Positions 52,140 to 61,431 of a stretch of 64,000 nucleotides of DNA are shown here, in pieces (positions within the stretch are counted from its first letter, which is position 1; each line of letters begins with the position of its first letter). Both the position numbers and the translations under genes were made by a program. The notes beneath the pieces were generated by a model. That model was not told the origin of the DNA and did not search any database. It worked only from the letters and a program-made list of their open reading frames with translations. Origin of the DNA: an uncultured delta proteobacterium (GTDB lineage Bacteria; Myxococcota_A; Polyangia; Polyangiales; Houyiibacteriaceae); assembly GCA_963699755.1 (NCBI GenBank), contig CAVOVB010000001.1:1887989-1951988 (forward strand). The letters run 5' to 3'.

Positions 52140-53114
52140 GTGGTCGATGTTGAGCTCAATCACTCCATTTTCGCCACTCTTCTCACGTTCGCTGTCGCTC
52201 TCGCCCATCTCTTCGGTGCGCTCCCTCCTACCGTCGAGCTAGTTGTCCTGGTCATGGCAATTTCAGTCTTTGGCCTACCTCACGGCGCCCTCGACTACTT
52301 GTCCGGCCGTAGTCTGCTGCAAGGCACCTTTGGCGATTGGTGGTTCGTGCCCTTCGGGGTTGGATACATGGGGCTTGCAGGGCTCGTGGTCGCCACTTGG
52401 CTGGTTGCGCCACTGGCTTCGCTGCTCACCTTTTTACTCGTGTCCGCGGCGCACTTCGGCGCCGGCGACGTCAACCCCCAACTTGCGCTTGGTGCCGGCG
52501 GTCGCTTTTCAGCGCACGGCGCAGTGTTTGAGGCCGCGGGCCGAGGCAGTCTGAGTCTGATCCCGCTTCTTCACTTCCATCCGGAAGCCGCGAGTACCCT
52601 CTTCGCCCATCTCGTTCCGCTGAGCCCGAGCGAGCTATACGCGGCGATCACGGCGGCGAGCCCACACCTCTTCGTGCTGAGCGGGGCCGTGCTCGCCGTG
52701 GTCATGGCGCATCATCTCGGCGGCTGGGCGGAGGGCACAACTGGGCATGCGCAAGTGGCGCTTGAAATTGGAGCCCTTGCCGCATTGTTCGCACTCGCAC
52801 CGCCTCTGGTCGCATTCATCGTCTATTTCTGTTTTTGGCACTCGTTCCGCCACTCGCTTCGGCAGGCTGCGAAGCTTGATCCATCTAGCCCCAGCGCCGC
52901 GTTCCAGGCATTCGTTCGTCGCGCATGGCCAACGACGGGAGCCGCATTCCTCATGGCTGCGGTGGGATATGCGCTCATCGGCGCCCAATCGTCGGACGCC
53001 AAGATCGTTCAGGTCGTGTTCGTGGGCCTGAGCGCCCTCACCGCACCGCACATCGTCCTTTCATGGCTCGCATCGCGCACAGCTTCGGTGAGCGCGAGCA
53101 CCAATCGCCAATAG
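52140..53114 (+). CDS. blh: Brp/Blh beta-carotene 15,15'-dioxygenase (start approximate)
   Basis: GLPHGALD, HFG, FWHS and LTAPH iron-ligand His motifs; directly downstream of the rhodopsin gene. Confidence 0.92.
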   Translation: MVDVELNHSIFATLLTFAVALAHLFGALPPTVELVVLVMAISVFGLPHGALDYLSGRSLLQGTFGDWWFVPFGVGYMGLAGLVVATWLVAPLASLLTFLLVSAAHFGAGDVNPQLALGAGGRFSAHGAVFEAAGRGSLSLIPLLHFHPEAASTLFAHLVPLSPSELYAAITAASPHLFVLSGAVLAVVMAHHLGGWAEGTTGHAQVALEIGALAALFALAPPLVAFIVYFCFWHSFRHSLRQAAKLDPSSPSAAFQAFVRRAWPTTGAAFLMAAVGYALIGAQSSDAKIVQVVFVGLSALTAPHIVLSWLASRTASVSASTNRQ

Positions 53115-53122
53115 AAACAAAC

Positions 53123-53923
53123 ATGTCTGCACACCAAAAAACCCTCGACACACCCTTCAGCTCGACCGACGCCCGTGCCAAGATCGACTGGAAGTCGTTC
53201 GTCGATGTCATCCCCGCGGGCCTCGAGCTCATGTCCCCGGCAAGCATCATGCGTCAGGCGTTTGAGCTGGTCTCCAACGCGACAGATGCTCGCCGGTACC
53301 TGTCGGCGCTCAGCGGTGCGCAGGCCACTCTTCGCGACGCATGCGTTCCGCTGCTGGTCCTGGAGCGACGCAACGAGCTCCCGCTGCTTGCGACGAGCTC
53401 CCTGACCCGGCCCCAGCGCCGCGGGCTAGGGCAGCTTGCGCTTCAGCTCTATTTCGCCCAGCTTTTCCGAAGCGAAACCGCCCTCATCGACCTGTGGTCA
53501 TCTCGCTTTGGCATCGATCAAGCAGGAGACGTGGTCTGGGTGCCCCGCCCGATCTACGTTCAATGGGATCCGGTTTTCTCAGGTGCGGTCGGAGACGTGT
53601 ATGCCGGGTTCTTCTCCGACGACAACGAGCTGTTTCGGTCAGGGCTCGACCGCCTTGGGCTTGGCGCGGCAGGCGCCGTCTTGCTGCGTCATCTCGGCGA
53701 AGGCAATCAACGAAGCGTGCGATTTGGCGAAGCTGGCTTGCAGTCCACCCTTCGTGATATTGTCGCACTGCGCGGGGTGAGGCAGCCCGGGTTACACCGC
53801 AATTTCGTCGCCTTCGGCCTCTACCTCGCATCGCTCCACGAGCTTCTCGCCTCGCTCGATCTGGCGTTTGACGTGAGAGCTGCCTACCTCCGGGCTCAAC
53901 CAGAGCTTGCGGACGGGATTTAG
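53123..53923 (+). CDS. Hypothetical protein, possibly a degenerate ABC1/UbiB kinase-like fold
   Basis: Co-oriented 8 bp after blh. LQLYFAQLF...IDL..SRFG resembles the ABC1 C-lobe but lacks DPHxGN/DFG. Confidence 0.6.
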   Translation: MSAHQKTLDTPFSSTDARAKIDWKSFVDVIPAGLELMSPASIMRQAFELVSNATDARRYLSALSGAQATLRDACVPLLVLERRNELPLLATSSLTRPQRRGLGQLALQLYFAQLFRSETALIDLWSSRFGIDQAGDVVWVPRPIYVQWDPVFSGAVGDVYAGFFSDDNELFRSGLDRLGLGAAGAVLLRHLGEGNQRSVRFGEAGLQSTLRDIVALRGVRQPGLHRNFVAFGLYLASLHELLASLDLAFDVRAAYLRAQPELADGI

Positions 53924-54282
53924 GCGAGCGCGATCAGTGCGCAGAGCGAAAGCACGACGAACGCCGGCAGTGACTTGAGCGGCGCATCGCCCGCCTTGAA
54001 GTGCATCGCGATGGCGCCGATCATGAGCAGGGCCATGCCCGTCGCCGCTGATTTGGTGAGCGCAGGCACCCAGAGGCCGACGATGAGAAGCGCTGAAAGC
54101 GAGATCTTCAGGAAACCGATCGTGAACATGAACCAGTCCGGCAGACCATAGACGGTGAACTCCTCTCTCATGTTCGTTGCCTCACCGCCTCTCCAACTCG
54201 TGGCTTTTCCGAATCGAAGGATCCACACGTTGAGAATGGCGAGCGCGACCACGACTTGCGCAACGGAAACGATGGTATTCAA
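53920..54282 (-). CDS. DoxX-like membrane protein
   Basis: NMREEFTVYGLP and MIGAIAMHFK patterns; TTG start with AAGGAG RBS. Confidence 0.75.
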   Translation of the reverse strand: MNTIVSVAQVVVALAILNVWILRFGKATSWRGGEATNMREEFTVYGLPDWFMFTIGFLKISLSALLIVGLWVPALTKSAATGMALLMIGAIAMHFKAGDAPLKSLPAFVVLSLCALIALA

Positions 54283-54719
54283 GGGAGGCTCCTTTCGGGT
54301 GAGGGTAGTCGCCGGCTCGCTTTGGGCTTCTGACGCTTTAGCGCCCAAAGCGGCGCAGGCAAAGCGTCGAGGGGCAAAGGCAGTCATCTAAAGGTCCCTG
54401 ATCTGAGTGCCGATGCCTGCCGTGACGAAGCGAGCGGTCGCGTGCTCTTGCACATCGGCCCTGTGCCAAACTCCGGCATCGTTGATCGCGTATTCACGGG
54501 CTCGAAGCCGTATGACGTCGTTCTCGGCCTCTTGGCGATCGCATTCGGCACGCTCGTCCTGCTCACCTACCGATACTACCTGCAATACAGCATCAACTCG
54601 CCGGAAGCACAAGATTCTCAGAGCTCCGGCTGACGACGCACACGTCGAATGAGGTTGCCTGGCCATCCTCGAGTTCCTGCCCGAAGGCACCGCGGGGACT
54701 CCCGCGTGCTCCTACTCCG

Positions 54720-55541
54720 TCAAACCCCTTGGCAGGTCGGGCAGAGGTAGAGGCGTCGAGAGGCGACGCTGAGTTTCTCGACCTCGGTCCCACATCGATA
54801 GCAGGGCTTGCCCGCGCGACCGAACACGGCGTGGCGGTAGTCCCTTCGCTTGAAGCCTTTCTGCTTGAGCTGAGCGACGCGATGCGGCGTGTTGGTGATG
54901 CCGCCAAGCTCGTACGCACGCGCACCCACGGCGAGGGTCTCGGCGGCGAGCTTTCGCTGCTCGGCAGCCTCGAGGTCGCTTGGCCGTTGCTTGGGATGTA
55001 CCCGGGCAAAGTAGAGAATCTCGGAGCGCAGATAGTTTCCGATGCCGGCAACGAAGCGCTGATCGAGATACAGGCTGCCTAGGGCGCGGTTGCGAAACTG
55101 CCGTCCCCTTAGCCGCGCGACCAACGCCTGTGGCGAGAGGTCACGGCTCAGCAAGTCCGGGCCGATGCGGCTCAAGAACGGATGCTCCCCGAGCCCACGC
55201 TCGTCCAGCACGGCGATCTCCGAGGCGCTGTACAAGAGCGCGCTGGCCTTGGCGGTGTGAAGGGCGACACGCAGCGAGCGATTGGTCTTGGGGTAACTCT
55301 CGCGCGAGCGCACGAACCAGCGTCCGTAGAGCTGGTTGTGCGAATAGAGCGACAGCCCGTGCTCGAAGTGAATCAACAGCGCTTTGCCTCGCGTTTCGAG
55401 TTCGACCACTCGGCGCCCACTGAGCTGTGGCGCGAACTGCTCGAGCCTCGGGAGCCCGAACCAAACCGTCTCGACCACCTGGCCCGTCAGCTCGGCGGCG
55501 ATCTTGTCAGCGGCGCGTCGAATCTCGGGACCTTCAGGCAC
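54720..55541 (-). CDS. nei: Endonuclease VIII (Fpg/Nei glycosylase)
   Basis: N-terminal PEGPE, RGKAL, SHNQLYG, AGIGNYLRSE, and C-terminal CxxC...CPTCQ zinc finger. Confidence 0.95.
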   Translation of the reverse strand: MPEGPEIRRAADKIAAELTGQVVETVWFGLPRLEQFAPQLSGRRVVELETRGKALLIHFEHGLSLYSHNQLYGRWFVRSRESYPKTNRSLRVALHTAKASALLYSASEIAVLDERGLGEHPFLSRIGPDLLSRDLSPQALVARLRGRQFRNRALGSLYLDQRFVAGIGNYLRSEILYFARVHPKQRPSDLEAAEQRKLAAETLAVGARAYELGGITNTPHRVAQLKQKGFKRRDYRHAVFGRAGKPCYRCGTEVEKLSVASRRLYLCPTCQGV

Positions 55542-55547
55542 GGGTGC

Positions 55548-56444
55548 TCATACTTTCCGCTCGTCGCGTGGATGCGATCGGCTCGCCATGAGCTCGATGG
55601 CGCGTGGCAGGATGTCGGCGCAATCGCCGGAGAGCTTGTGCGTGGCGAAGTCATCGGCCCGCGTCGTCCCGCGATTGACGATGACGAGTGGCTTACGGGC
55701 ACCGTGCGCGGCGACGGCGAAACGGTAGCCGGAGTAGATCATGAGCGAAGAGCCGATCACGAGGAGCGCGTCGGATTCCTGGACGTGCCGGTGCACCGCG
55801 TCGACCCTGTCCTTGGGAACCGACTCGCCGAAGAAGACCACGTCGGGCTTGAGCACGCCGCCGCAGCGCGCGCAGTCCGGGACGACGAACGATTCGAAGT
55901 CCTGCCGTGAGAGCTTTGTGTCCCCGTCGGGCGCGTGCCCGCGCACTTCCGCCCGCCAGCCCCGGTTCGCATCCTGAAGCTGCTGCTGAAATGCCTCGCG
56001 GGGCATGATCTGTCCGCAGCCGAGGCAGCGAACACGGTGAAGGACACCGTGAAGGTCGATGACCTGACGGCTACCCGCCCGTTGATGAAGCCCGTCCACG
56101 TTCTGTGTGACGAGGCACGAGATATGGCCCCGATTCTCCAATGCGCTGAGCGCGCGGTGGGCCGCGTTCGGCTTCGCGCGGGAGATCCGCTCCCACCCGC
56201 TGAAGCTTTGGGCCCAGTAGCGCTGACGGTTGCCGAGCTCGCGCACGAATTGCGCGTACCGCATCGGCTCTCTGTGCTTCCATTTCCCGTCGTCGTCCCG
56301 GTAGTCGGGAATCCCGGAGGCGGTGCTGCAGCCGGCTCCGGTGAGAATCGTGGTTCTGGGGTGCTGCGCGATGAAATCCGCGAGCCTTTGGGCGGACTCG
56401 CGGGCACGAAAGGAAACGGAGTGATTTTCTACCGCGCGCGTCAT
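55548..56444 (-). CDS. cobB: Sir2-family NAD-dependent deacylase (class II/SIRT4-like)
   Basis: GAGCSTASGIPDYR, RQRYWA, TQNVDGLH, LHG and KPDVVFFGE motifs. Confidence 0.92.
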   Translation of the reverse strand: MTRAVENHSVSFRARESAQRLADFIAQHPRTTILTGAGCSTASGIPDYRDDDGKWKHREPMRYAQFVRELGNRQRYWAQSFSGWERISRAKPNAAHRALSALENRGHISCLVTQNVDGLHQRAGSRQVIDLHGVLHRVRCLGCGQIMPREAFQQQLQDANRGWRAEVRGHAPDGDTKLSRQDFESFVVPDCARCGGVLKPDVVFFGESVPKDRVDAVHRHVQESDALLVIGSSLMIYSGYRFAVAAHGARKPLVIVNRGTTRADDFATHKLSGDCADILPRAIELMASRSHPRDERKV

Positions 56445-56451
56445 GTCGTTT

Positions 56452-57405
56452 CTAATGATCCGCAGTGGGCAGATGACGCCGGATCGCGTCTCGAATGGCT
56501 TCGAAATCGGCGTTGGCGCGGGCGTCGGCGGGGTCCTCGCTCGGGAAGAAGACGGGCCCTGGGTGCACATGAACGAACCTGCCCTCCGCGTCGATGACGA
56601 AGCTCGCGGAGGTCGCTCGCCGACGGCTGCCGTCGAGCCACCACGATCGGAGCGTTGCCCAGTCGTGATCGTATGCAAAGGGAAAGGTCACGCCGAGCTT
56701 AGCGGCATGCGCGACGACGCCCTTCCAGGAGCGCTCGCTGCCGAGAGGCTTTGACTGGTAGAGACCCACGAAGGTCACCGGCGCGTCCTTCATCTCTTCG
56801 GCTAGCTTCTGCATGGCCGGAAGGCTTGCGTCGCAGTAGGGGCAGGTGTCGGTCCAGAAGCGCACGACCAGCACGCGACCCCGAAGGTCATCGAGCCGCA
56901 GCGGCCTCGAGTTCGCCCACTCTGGGCCGGCGAGCCACTCCTTTGCCTGGGTCCCGAGAAGGTCTCCTCCCGCAGCCTGGTTCTCCTCGGCTTCACGCTG
57001 CCGCATCGGCATCCGGTCGATGAGCTGAAACACGACCGCGGGCAGATCCGCCGTCTCCGAAGTCCACTGGCCTTTCACCCTGCCATCCTTCCCGATCAGG
57101 GTGACTCGACCTCGGGCCTGCCTTTCGATCTCCGGCGCGAGCCGGAGGCTGACCCGCGTCGGGGGCTTTGGGAACTGCTGGAGATAGCCGTGGCTTCCCT
57201 TCCGGAAGAGCACGAGATTTCTCTCTGACAAGGCGGTCGAGTGCTTGGCCCAATCCGCCCGATCCGAGGGTGTCTCCTTTGTGTCGAGTAGAATCACGCG
57301 ATGCTTCCACTGCAGCGCTTCGAGCGCCACCAGGGTATCGGCCTTTGCCGAAACCACGAGCCAGTAAGCCACGAACAGCGAGGCCGCACCGAGGATGGGT
57401 CGCAC
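56452..57405 (-). CDS. Secreted DUF4174-like domain fused to TlpA-like thioredoxin domain
   Basis: Signal peptide; WKHRVILL...LIGKDGRVK...IDRMPMRQRE followed by FWTDTCPYC. Confidence 0.8.
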   Translation of the reverse strand: MRPILGAASLFVAYWLVVSAKADTLVALEALQWKHRVILLDTKETPSDRADWAKHSTALSERNLVLFRKGSHGYLQQFPKPPTRVSLRLAPEIERQARGRVTLIGKDGRVKGQWTSETADLPAVVFQLIDRMPMRQREAEENQAAGGDLLGTQAKEWLAGPEWANSRPLRLDDLRGRVLVVRFWTDTCPYCDASLPAMQKLAEEMKDAPVTFVGLYQSKPLGSERSWKGVVAHAAKLGVTFPFAYDHDWATLRSWWLDGSRRRATSASFVIDAEGRFVHVHPGPVFFPSEDPADARANADFEAIRDAIRRHLPTADH

Positions 57406-57506
57406 CCGACCATCGTCGAGCCGGGCGGTCCCAAGCGCAAGCCGGGCTGCAGCGTCGACCGTTTCTCGTTATCTCTGCTATACGAACCACCGGATTGGAG
57501 GTCGGC

Positions 57507-57854
57507 ATGACGCGACACGTGGTCTGCAAGGAGTCAGACCTTTCGGTGGGCCAGAAAAAGGCGTTCAAGGCCGGCGACACGAGCGTGCTCGTCTATCGTC
57601 TGGAGGACGGTGTCTACGCCACGCAGAACAGCTGCACGCATGTGTTCGCGCCGCTGACGAGGGGCAAGGTCGTCGATGGAGAGCGGATTCGCTGCCCCCT
57701 TCACCGCGCGGAGTTCGACATTCGGACCGGGGAGGTGTGCAAATGGGCGAACTTCCCGCCGGGAATTCAGCTTCTGAACGCGCTCCGCGGCGAGAAGGCG
57801 CTAAAGACCTATCCTGTCCTGGTGGAAGAGGGAAACGTCGTCGTCGAGGTCTGA
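57507..57854 (+). CDS. Rieske [2Fe-2S] ferredoxin
   Basis: CTH...CPLH ligands, FDIRTG; GGAGG RBS. Confidence 0.92.
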   Translation: MTRHVVCKESDLSVGQKKAFKAGDTSVLVYRLEDGVYATQNSCTHVFAPLTRGKVVDGERIRCPLHRAEFDIRTGEVCKWANFPPGIQLLNALRGEKALKTYPVLVEEGNVVVEV

Positions 57855-57980
57855 GCGCAAGGCGGTTTTGGTCTTGTCGAGGACAGTGTCGCGAACCTCA
57901 CCGGCCGCACTTCGCACAGGTCTTGGTGGCCGTTGACCCCATCGAGCGCGACTCTACGTTTGTACCGCGAATCGTCGAGC

Positions 57981-59489
57981 ATGCACGTAGTCTGGTTCAA
58001 ACGCGACCTCCGCATTCACGACCACCGCCCTCTGCTCGACGCCGCGGCGCAGGGGAAAGTGCTGTGCCTGTACGTCTACGAGCCCGAGCTTTTCGCCACG
58101 CCCGAGCTCGGCGCGCTCCACCTTCGCTTCATCAACGAGTCCCTCGCAGCGCTGCGCGTCCGCCTCCGCGAGCGCGGGGCCGATCTCATCCTTCGGGTCG
58201 GGCGCATGCCCGACGTGCTCGACGCCATCCGCCGCCAACATGGGATCACCGCGCTCTACAGCCATCGCGAGACCGGCAACCGCGTCAGCTACGAGCGCGA
58301 TCTTCGCGTTGCCGGCTGGGCGCGCCAGCACAGCGTGCCCTGGCACGAGCGCAATCAGTTTGGCGTGATTCGAAAACTCGGCACGCGGGACGGTTGGTCG
58401 GCTCGCTGGTCGAAATTCATGTCGCGCCCGATTGTCGACGTCCCCGGCGGGCTCCACGCCGAAGCGGGAATCGAGCCCGAAGGCTTGCGGACCGCCCAGG
58501 ACCTCGGTTTGTCCCCGCCTTCGCAGCGCGACGTCCAACACGGAGGCGAGCAGCTGGGCCTCGATACCCTCGACTCGTTTCTCGCCGAACGCGGCGCGGG
58601 ATACCGATACGAGATGTCGAGCCCGCTGCATGCGTCGGAGTCCTGCAGCCGACTCAGCCCCTACCTCGCATGGGGCAACGTCTCGATGCGAACCGTCTTC
58701 CAACGAGCGCGCGCACGCTCTGCCGAGGTGAAAGAGCTTCGCAAACAGAAGGTTGACCTCGACCCGAGATGGCTTCAGTCGCTGAGCTCGTTTCAATCGA
58801 GGCTCCGGTGGCACTGCCACTTCATACAAAAGCTCGAGGACGAGCCCGACCTCGAGTTCAGGGCGCTCAACCGGCACCTGGATGGGCTTCGCGATGGAAA
58901 GCTTCGCGACGACTACTTCCAGGCCTGGGCAAACGGGCACACGGGCTACCCGATGGTCGACGCCTGCATGCGGGCGCTGCATCAAACCGGTTGGATCAAC
59001 TTCCGGATGCGGGCGATGCTCATGTCGTTCGCGAGCTACCAGCTATGGCTTCCATGGAGGCCGACGGCTCTGCATCTCGGCAGCCAGTTCCTCGACTTCG
59101 AGCCAGGCATTCACTTCAGTCAAGCGCAGATGCAGTCGGGGGTCACCGGAATCAACGCCGTCCGGATCTACTCACCGGTCAAGCAGGTCAAGGATCAAGA
59201 TCCGGAGGGACAGTTCATCAAGCGTTTCGTCCCGGAGCTGGAAGCAGTGCCGCCCGAGCACATCGCCGAGCCCCACCGGATGCCACGCGACCTCCAACAA
59301 AAGCTTGGCTGCATCATCGGTAAAGACTATCCGGCGCCCATCGTGGAGCACGGCCCAGCCTACGCGACCGCGCGCCAACGCATCTCCGCCGCACGGCGGC
59401 GACCCGAAGTCCAGGAGGAGTCCGAGCGGGTGTACGAAAAGCACGGAAGCCGCAAACGCCCGGCCCGACGCGCCTCCGGGTCGGCCTAG
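57981..59489 (+). CDS. Cryptochrome/DNA photolyase family protein
   Basis: VVWFKRDLRIHDH, SRLSPYLAWG, TGYPMVDACMR, GWINFRMRAM and RIYSPVKQ motifs. Confidence 0.95.
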   Translation: MHVVWFKRDLRIHDHRPLLDAAAQGKVLCLYVYEPELFATPELGALHLRFINESLAALRVRLRERGADLILRVGRMPDVLDAIRRQHGITALYSHRETGNRVSYERDLRVAGWARQHSVPWHERNQFGVIRKLGTRDGWSARWSKFMSRPIVDVPGGLHAEAGIEPEGLRTAQDLGLSPPSQRDVQHGGEQLGLDTLDSFLAERGAGYRYEMSSPLHASESCSRLSPYLAWGNVSMRTVFQRARARSAEVKELRKQKVDLDPRWLQSLSSFQSRLRWHCHFIQKLEDEPDLEFRALNRHLDGLRDGKLRDDYFQAWANGHTGYPMVDACMRALHQTGWINFRMRAMLMSFASYQLWLPWRPTALHLGSQFLDFEPGIHFSQAQMQSGVTGINAVRIYSPVKQVKDQDPEGQFIKRFVPELEAVPPEHIAEPHRMPRDLQQKLGCIIGKDYPAPIVEHGPAYATARQRISAARRRPEVQEESERVYEKHGSRKRPARRASGSA

Positions 59490-59574
59490 CTGCTGCATTC
59501 GCTGCCGGCCGTCGCCATGCGGTCGCTTTGCGCATTCATCGCGTTCGCCTAAGACCACCAAAGGATGAGCTAGA

Positions 59575-60930
59575 ATGAGCGAAGCTTCCGAGAACATCGA
59601 GCCCCATATCATCGTCGTCGGCGGCGGTTTTGGGGGAATGAGCGTCGTCACCTCTCTCGAACATACGCCGGTACAGCTTACGCTCGTCGACCGGCGTAAC
59701 CACCACCTGTTTCAGCCCTTGCTCTACGAGGTGGCGACCGCGGCGCTCTCGCCCGGCCAGATCGCGGTCCCGCTCCGCCACGTTTTTCGGCGACAAAAGA
59801 ACGCGACGGTCGTCCTCGGAGACGTCACTTCGGTGGACCTCGAGCGCAGAGTCGTCGAAATCGACGGCGAACCATTATCCTACGACTACCTGGTCTTGGC
59901 AACGGGCTCCACGCATCACTACTTCGGGCACGACGCCTGGGCGGCCCACGCTCCCGGGCTGAAGTCCGTCGACGATGCGCTCGAGATTCGCCGCAGGTTT
60001 CTTCTGACGTTCGAGCAGGCGGATCGCAGCGACAGCCCTGACGAGCGCCGGCGTCTGATGACGACCGTGATCGTCGGAGGTGGGCCGACGGGCATCGAGC
60101 TTGCCGGAACGATGTCGGAGGTGGCCAAACGCGTATTGCAAGGAGAGTTCCGGAATCTCGACCCGTCCTCGCTCGAAATCGTGCTCGCCGAGGGCGCCGA
60201 CCGGTTGCTCCCTGCGCTCGCCCCCGAGCTTTCCGCGCTGGCGAAGCGCGACCTCGAAAAGCTCGGAGTCAAGGTGCGCCTAAAGACCTACGTGACCGAG
60301 ATCGATGAGCGAGGCGTCGTCCTCCAGGGCGGCGAATGCATTTCTGCCTCCAACGTGATCTGGGCCGCTGGAGTGTGCGGAGCGCCCATCGAACGAGGGC
60401 TTCAGGCGTTCATGCGAGACGACCGGAGGCTGAACGTCGAGCCCGATCTCTCGCTTGCCGGCCATCGAGAGGTATTCGCCATCGGCGACCTCGCCTATGT
60501 CGAAACCGACGGGGAGCAGGTCCCTGGGCTCGCTCCCGCGGCGCTCCAGATGGGGAAGTACGTCGGCAAGCTGCTGGCGAACCAGGTGGGGCGGGGTGGT
60601 TACGCAGGCGAACCAAAGCCGTTTGAATACTGGGACAAAGGAACGCTCGCGACGATCGGGCGGGGCAAAGCCGTTGCCGACATCGGCCGCTTCAAGTTCG
60701 GCGGCCTGCTGGCTTGGCTGCTCTGGGTCTTCATCCACATCTTTTTTCTCGTCGGCTTCCGAAACCGGGTCATGGTTCTCATCGAGTGGGCCTACGCCTA
60801 CGTCACGTTCCACCGCGGGGCGCGCCTCATTACCGGTCAGGGCACCCGGCCGAAGGCGCTCGCCGCAAACGCGAGTTCCACGCCATCGCACCCATCGGCC
60901 GACTCAGAGAGCGTCTCCGCCGCCTCCTGA
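59575..60930 (+). CDS. ndh: Type II NADH:quinone oxidoreductase
   Basis: GGGFGG, HLFQPLLYEVAT, GGGPTGIELAG, WAAG and KGTLATIGR motifs. Confidence 0.92.
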   Translation: MSEASENIEPHIIVVGGGFGGMSVVTSLEHTPVQLTLVDRRNHHLFQPLLYEVATAALSPGQIAVPLRHVFRRQKNATVVLGDVTSVDLERRVVEIDGEPLSYDYLVLATGSTHHYFGHDAWAAHAPGLKSVDDALEIRRRFLLTFEQADRSDSPDERRRLMTTVIVGGGPTGIELAGTMSEVAKRVLQGEFRNLDPSSLEIVLAEGADRLLPALAPELSALAKRDLEKLGVKVRLKTYVTEIDERGVVLQGGECISASNVIWAAGVCGAPIERGLQAFMRDDRRLNVEPDLSLAGHREVFAIGDLAYVETDGEQVPGLAPAALQMGKYVGKLLANQVGRGGYAGEPKPFEYWDKGTLATIGRGKAVADIGRFKFGGLLAWLLWVFIHIFFLVGFRNRVMVLIEWAYAYVTFHRGARLITGQGTRPKALAANASSTPSHPSADSESVSAAS

Positions 60931-61005
60931 GTCGCTTTTGCGTCGATACTTCATCGAAAAGCGAATCGGCGACGGCGCATGCGCCACGGGTTTGAGATCA
61001 TCGTT

Positions 61006-61213
61006 TCACAGGGCGGGCTCTTCGATCGGGTGTGACAAGACTTCTTTGACGAGCGGATTGGGGAACCGACGACTCTGGGTGATCGCGTAGAATCGCTCGG
61101 TGATCTCGGGGATCTTGAAGTGCTCGACGAGCACGCCATCCATGAGCTCGTCCAAGACGACGACCGGCGGCACCAGTGCGAGGCACTGACTCTCGCGTGC
61201 GAAGAGCCGGAGG
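61006..61213 (-). pseudogene. C-terminal remnant of NhaR-like LysR regulator, cut at the ISCR-like oriIS
   Basis: LRLFARESQCLALVPPVVVLDEL...ERFYAITQSRRFPNPLV; similarity ends at the oriIS-like motif. Confidence 0.72.
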
Positions 61214-61251
61214 CTGATAGGAAAAACAAACGCCCTCTGCCTGCGGCGCCC

Positions 61252-61315
61252 CACGCGACATAACGATTAGTACCGCGAAATTCGGCGCTCATCGTTATCC
61301 CGATGGGCTAAGAGA
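61252..61315 (-). repeat. dif-like repeat, copy B (direct repeat of copy A)
   Basis: Minus-strand core ATTTCGCGGTA-7 nt-TTATGTCGCGT; shares TCTCTTAGCCCAT with copy A. Confidence 0.82.
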
Positions 61316-61431
61316 CCGGCAAACAAACGCGGTCCCAGTACCATGTTTGCATCCCGAAGGGCTGGCAACGGCGTGAACAACAGCGAGCGGATGCAGCTAT
61401 CCGATGGCTCGAGCCTCGAAGGCGAGCGCGG

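Noticed and set aside
54442..54633. Small membrane protein or gene remnant in the cassette
   Set aside because: Has one TM-like stretch but no convincing start or family; not supportable.
55548..56444. Sir2-based anti-phage system (Thoeris/DSR)
   Set aside because: Motifs and the zinc-binding insert are those of a classical class II deacylase; no TIR, HerA or pAgo partner nearby.
57395..58756. Long alternative-frame ORFs (this one and many similar Arg/Pro-rich ORFs)
   Set aside because: Shadow ORFs of high-GC coding sequence overlapping well-supported genes.
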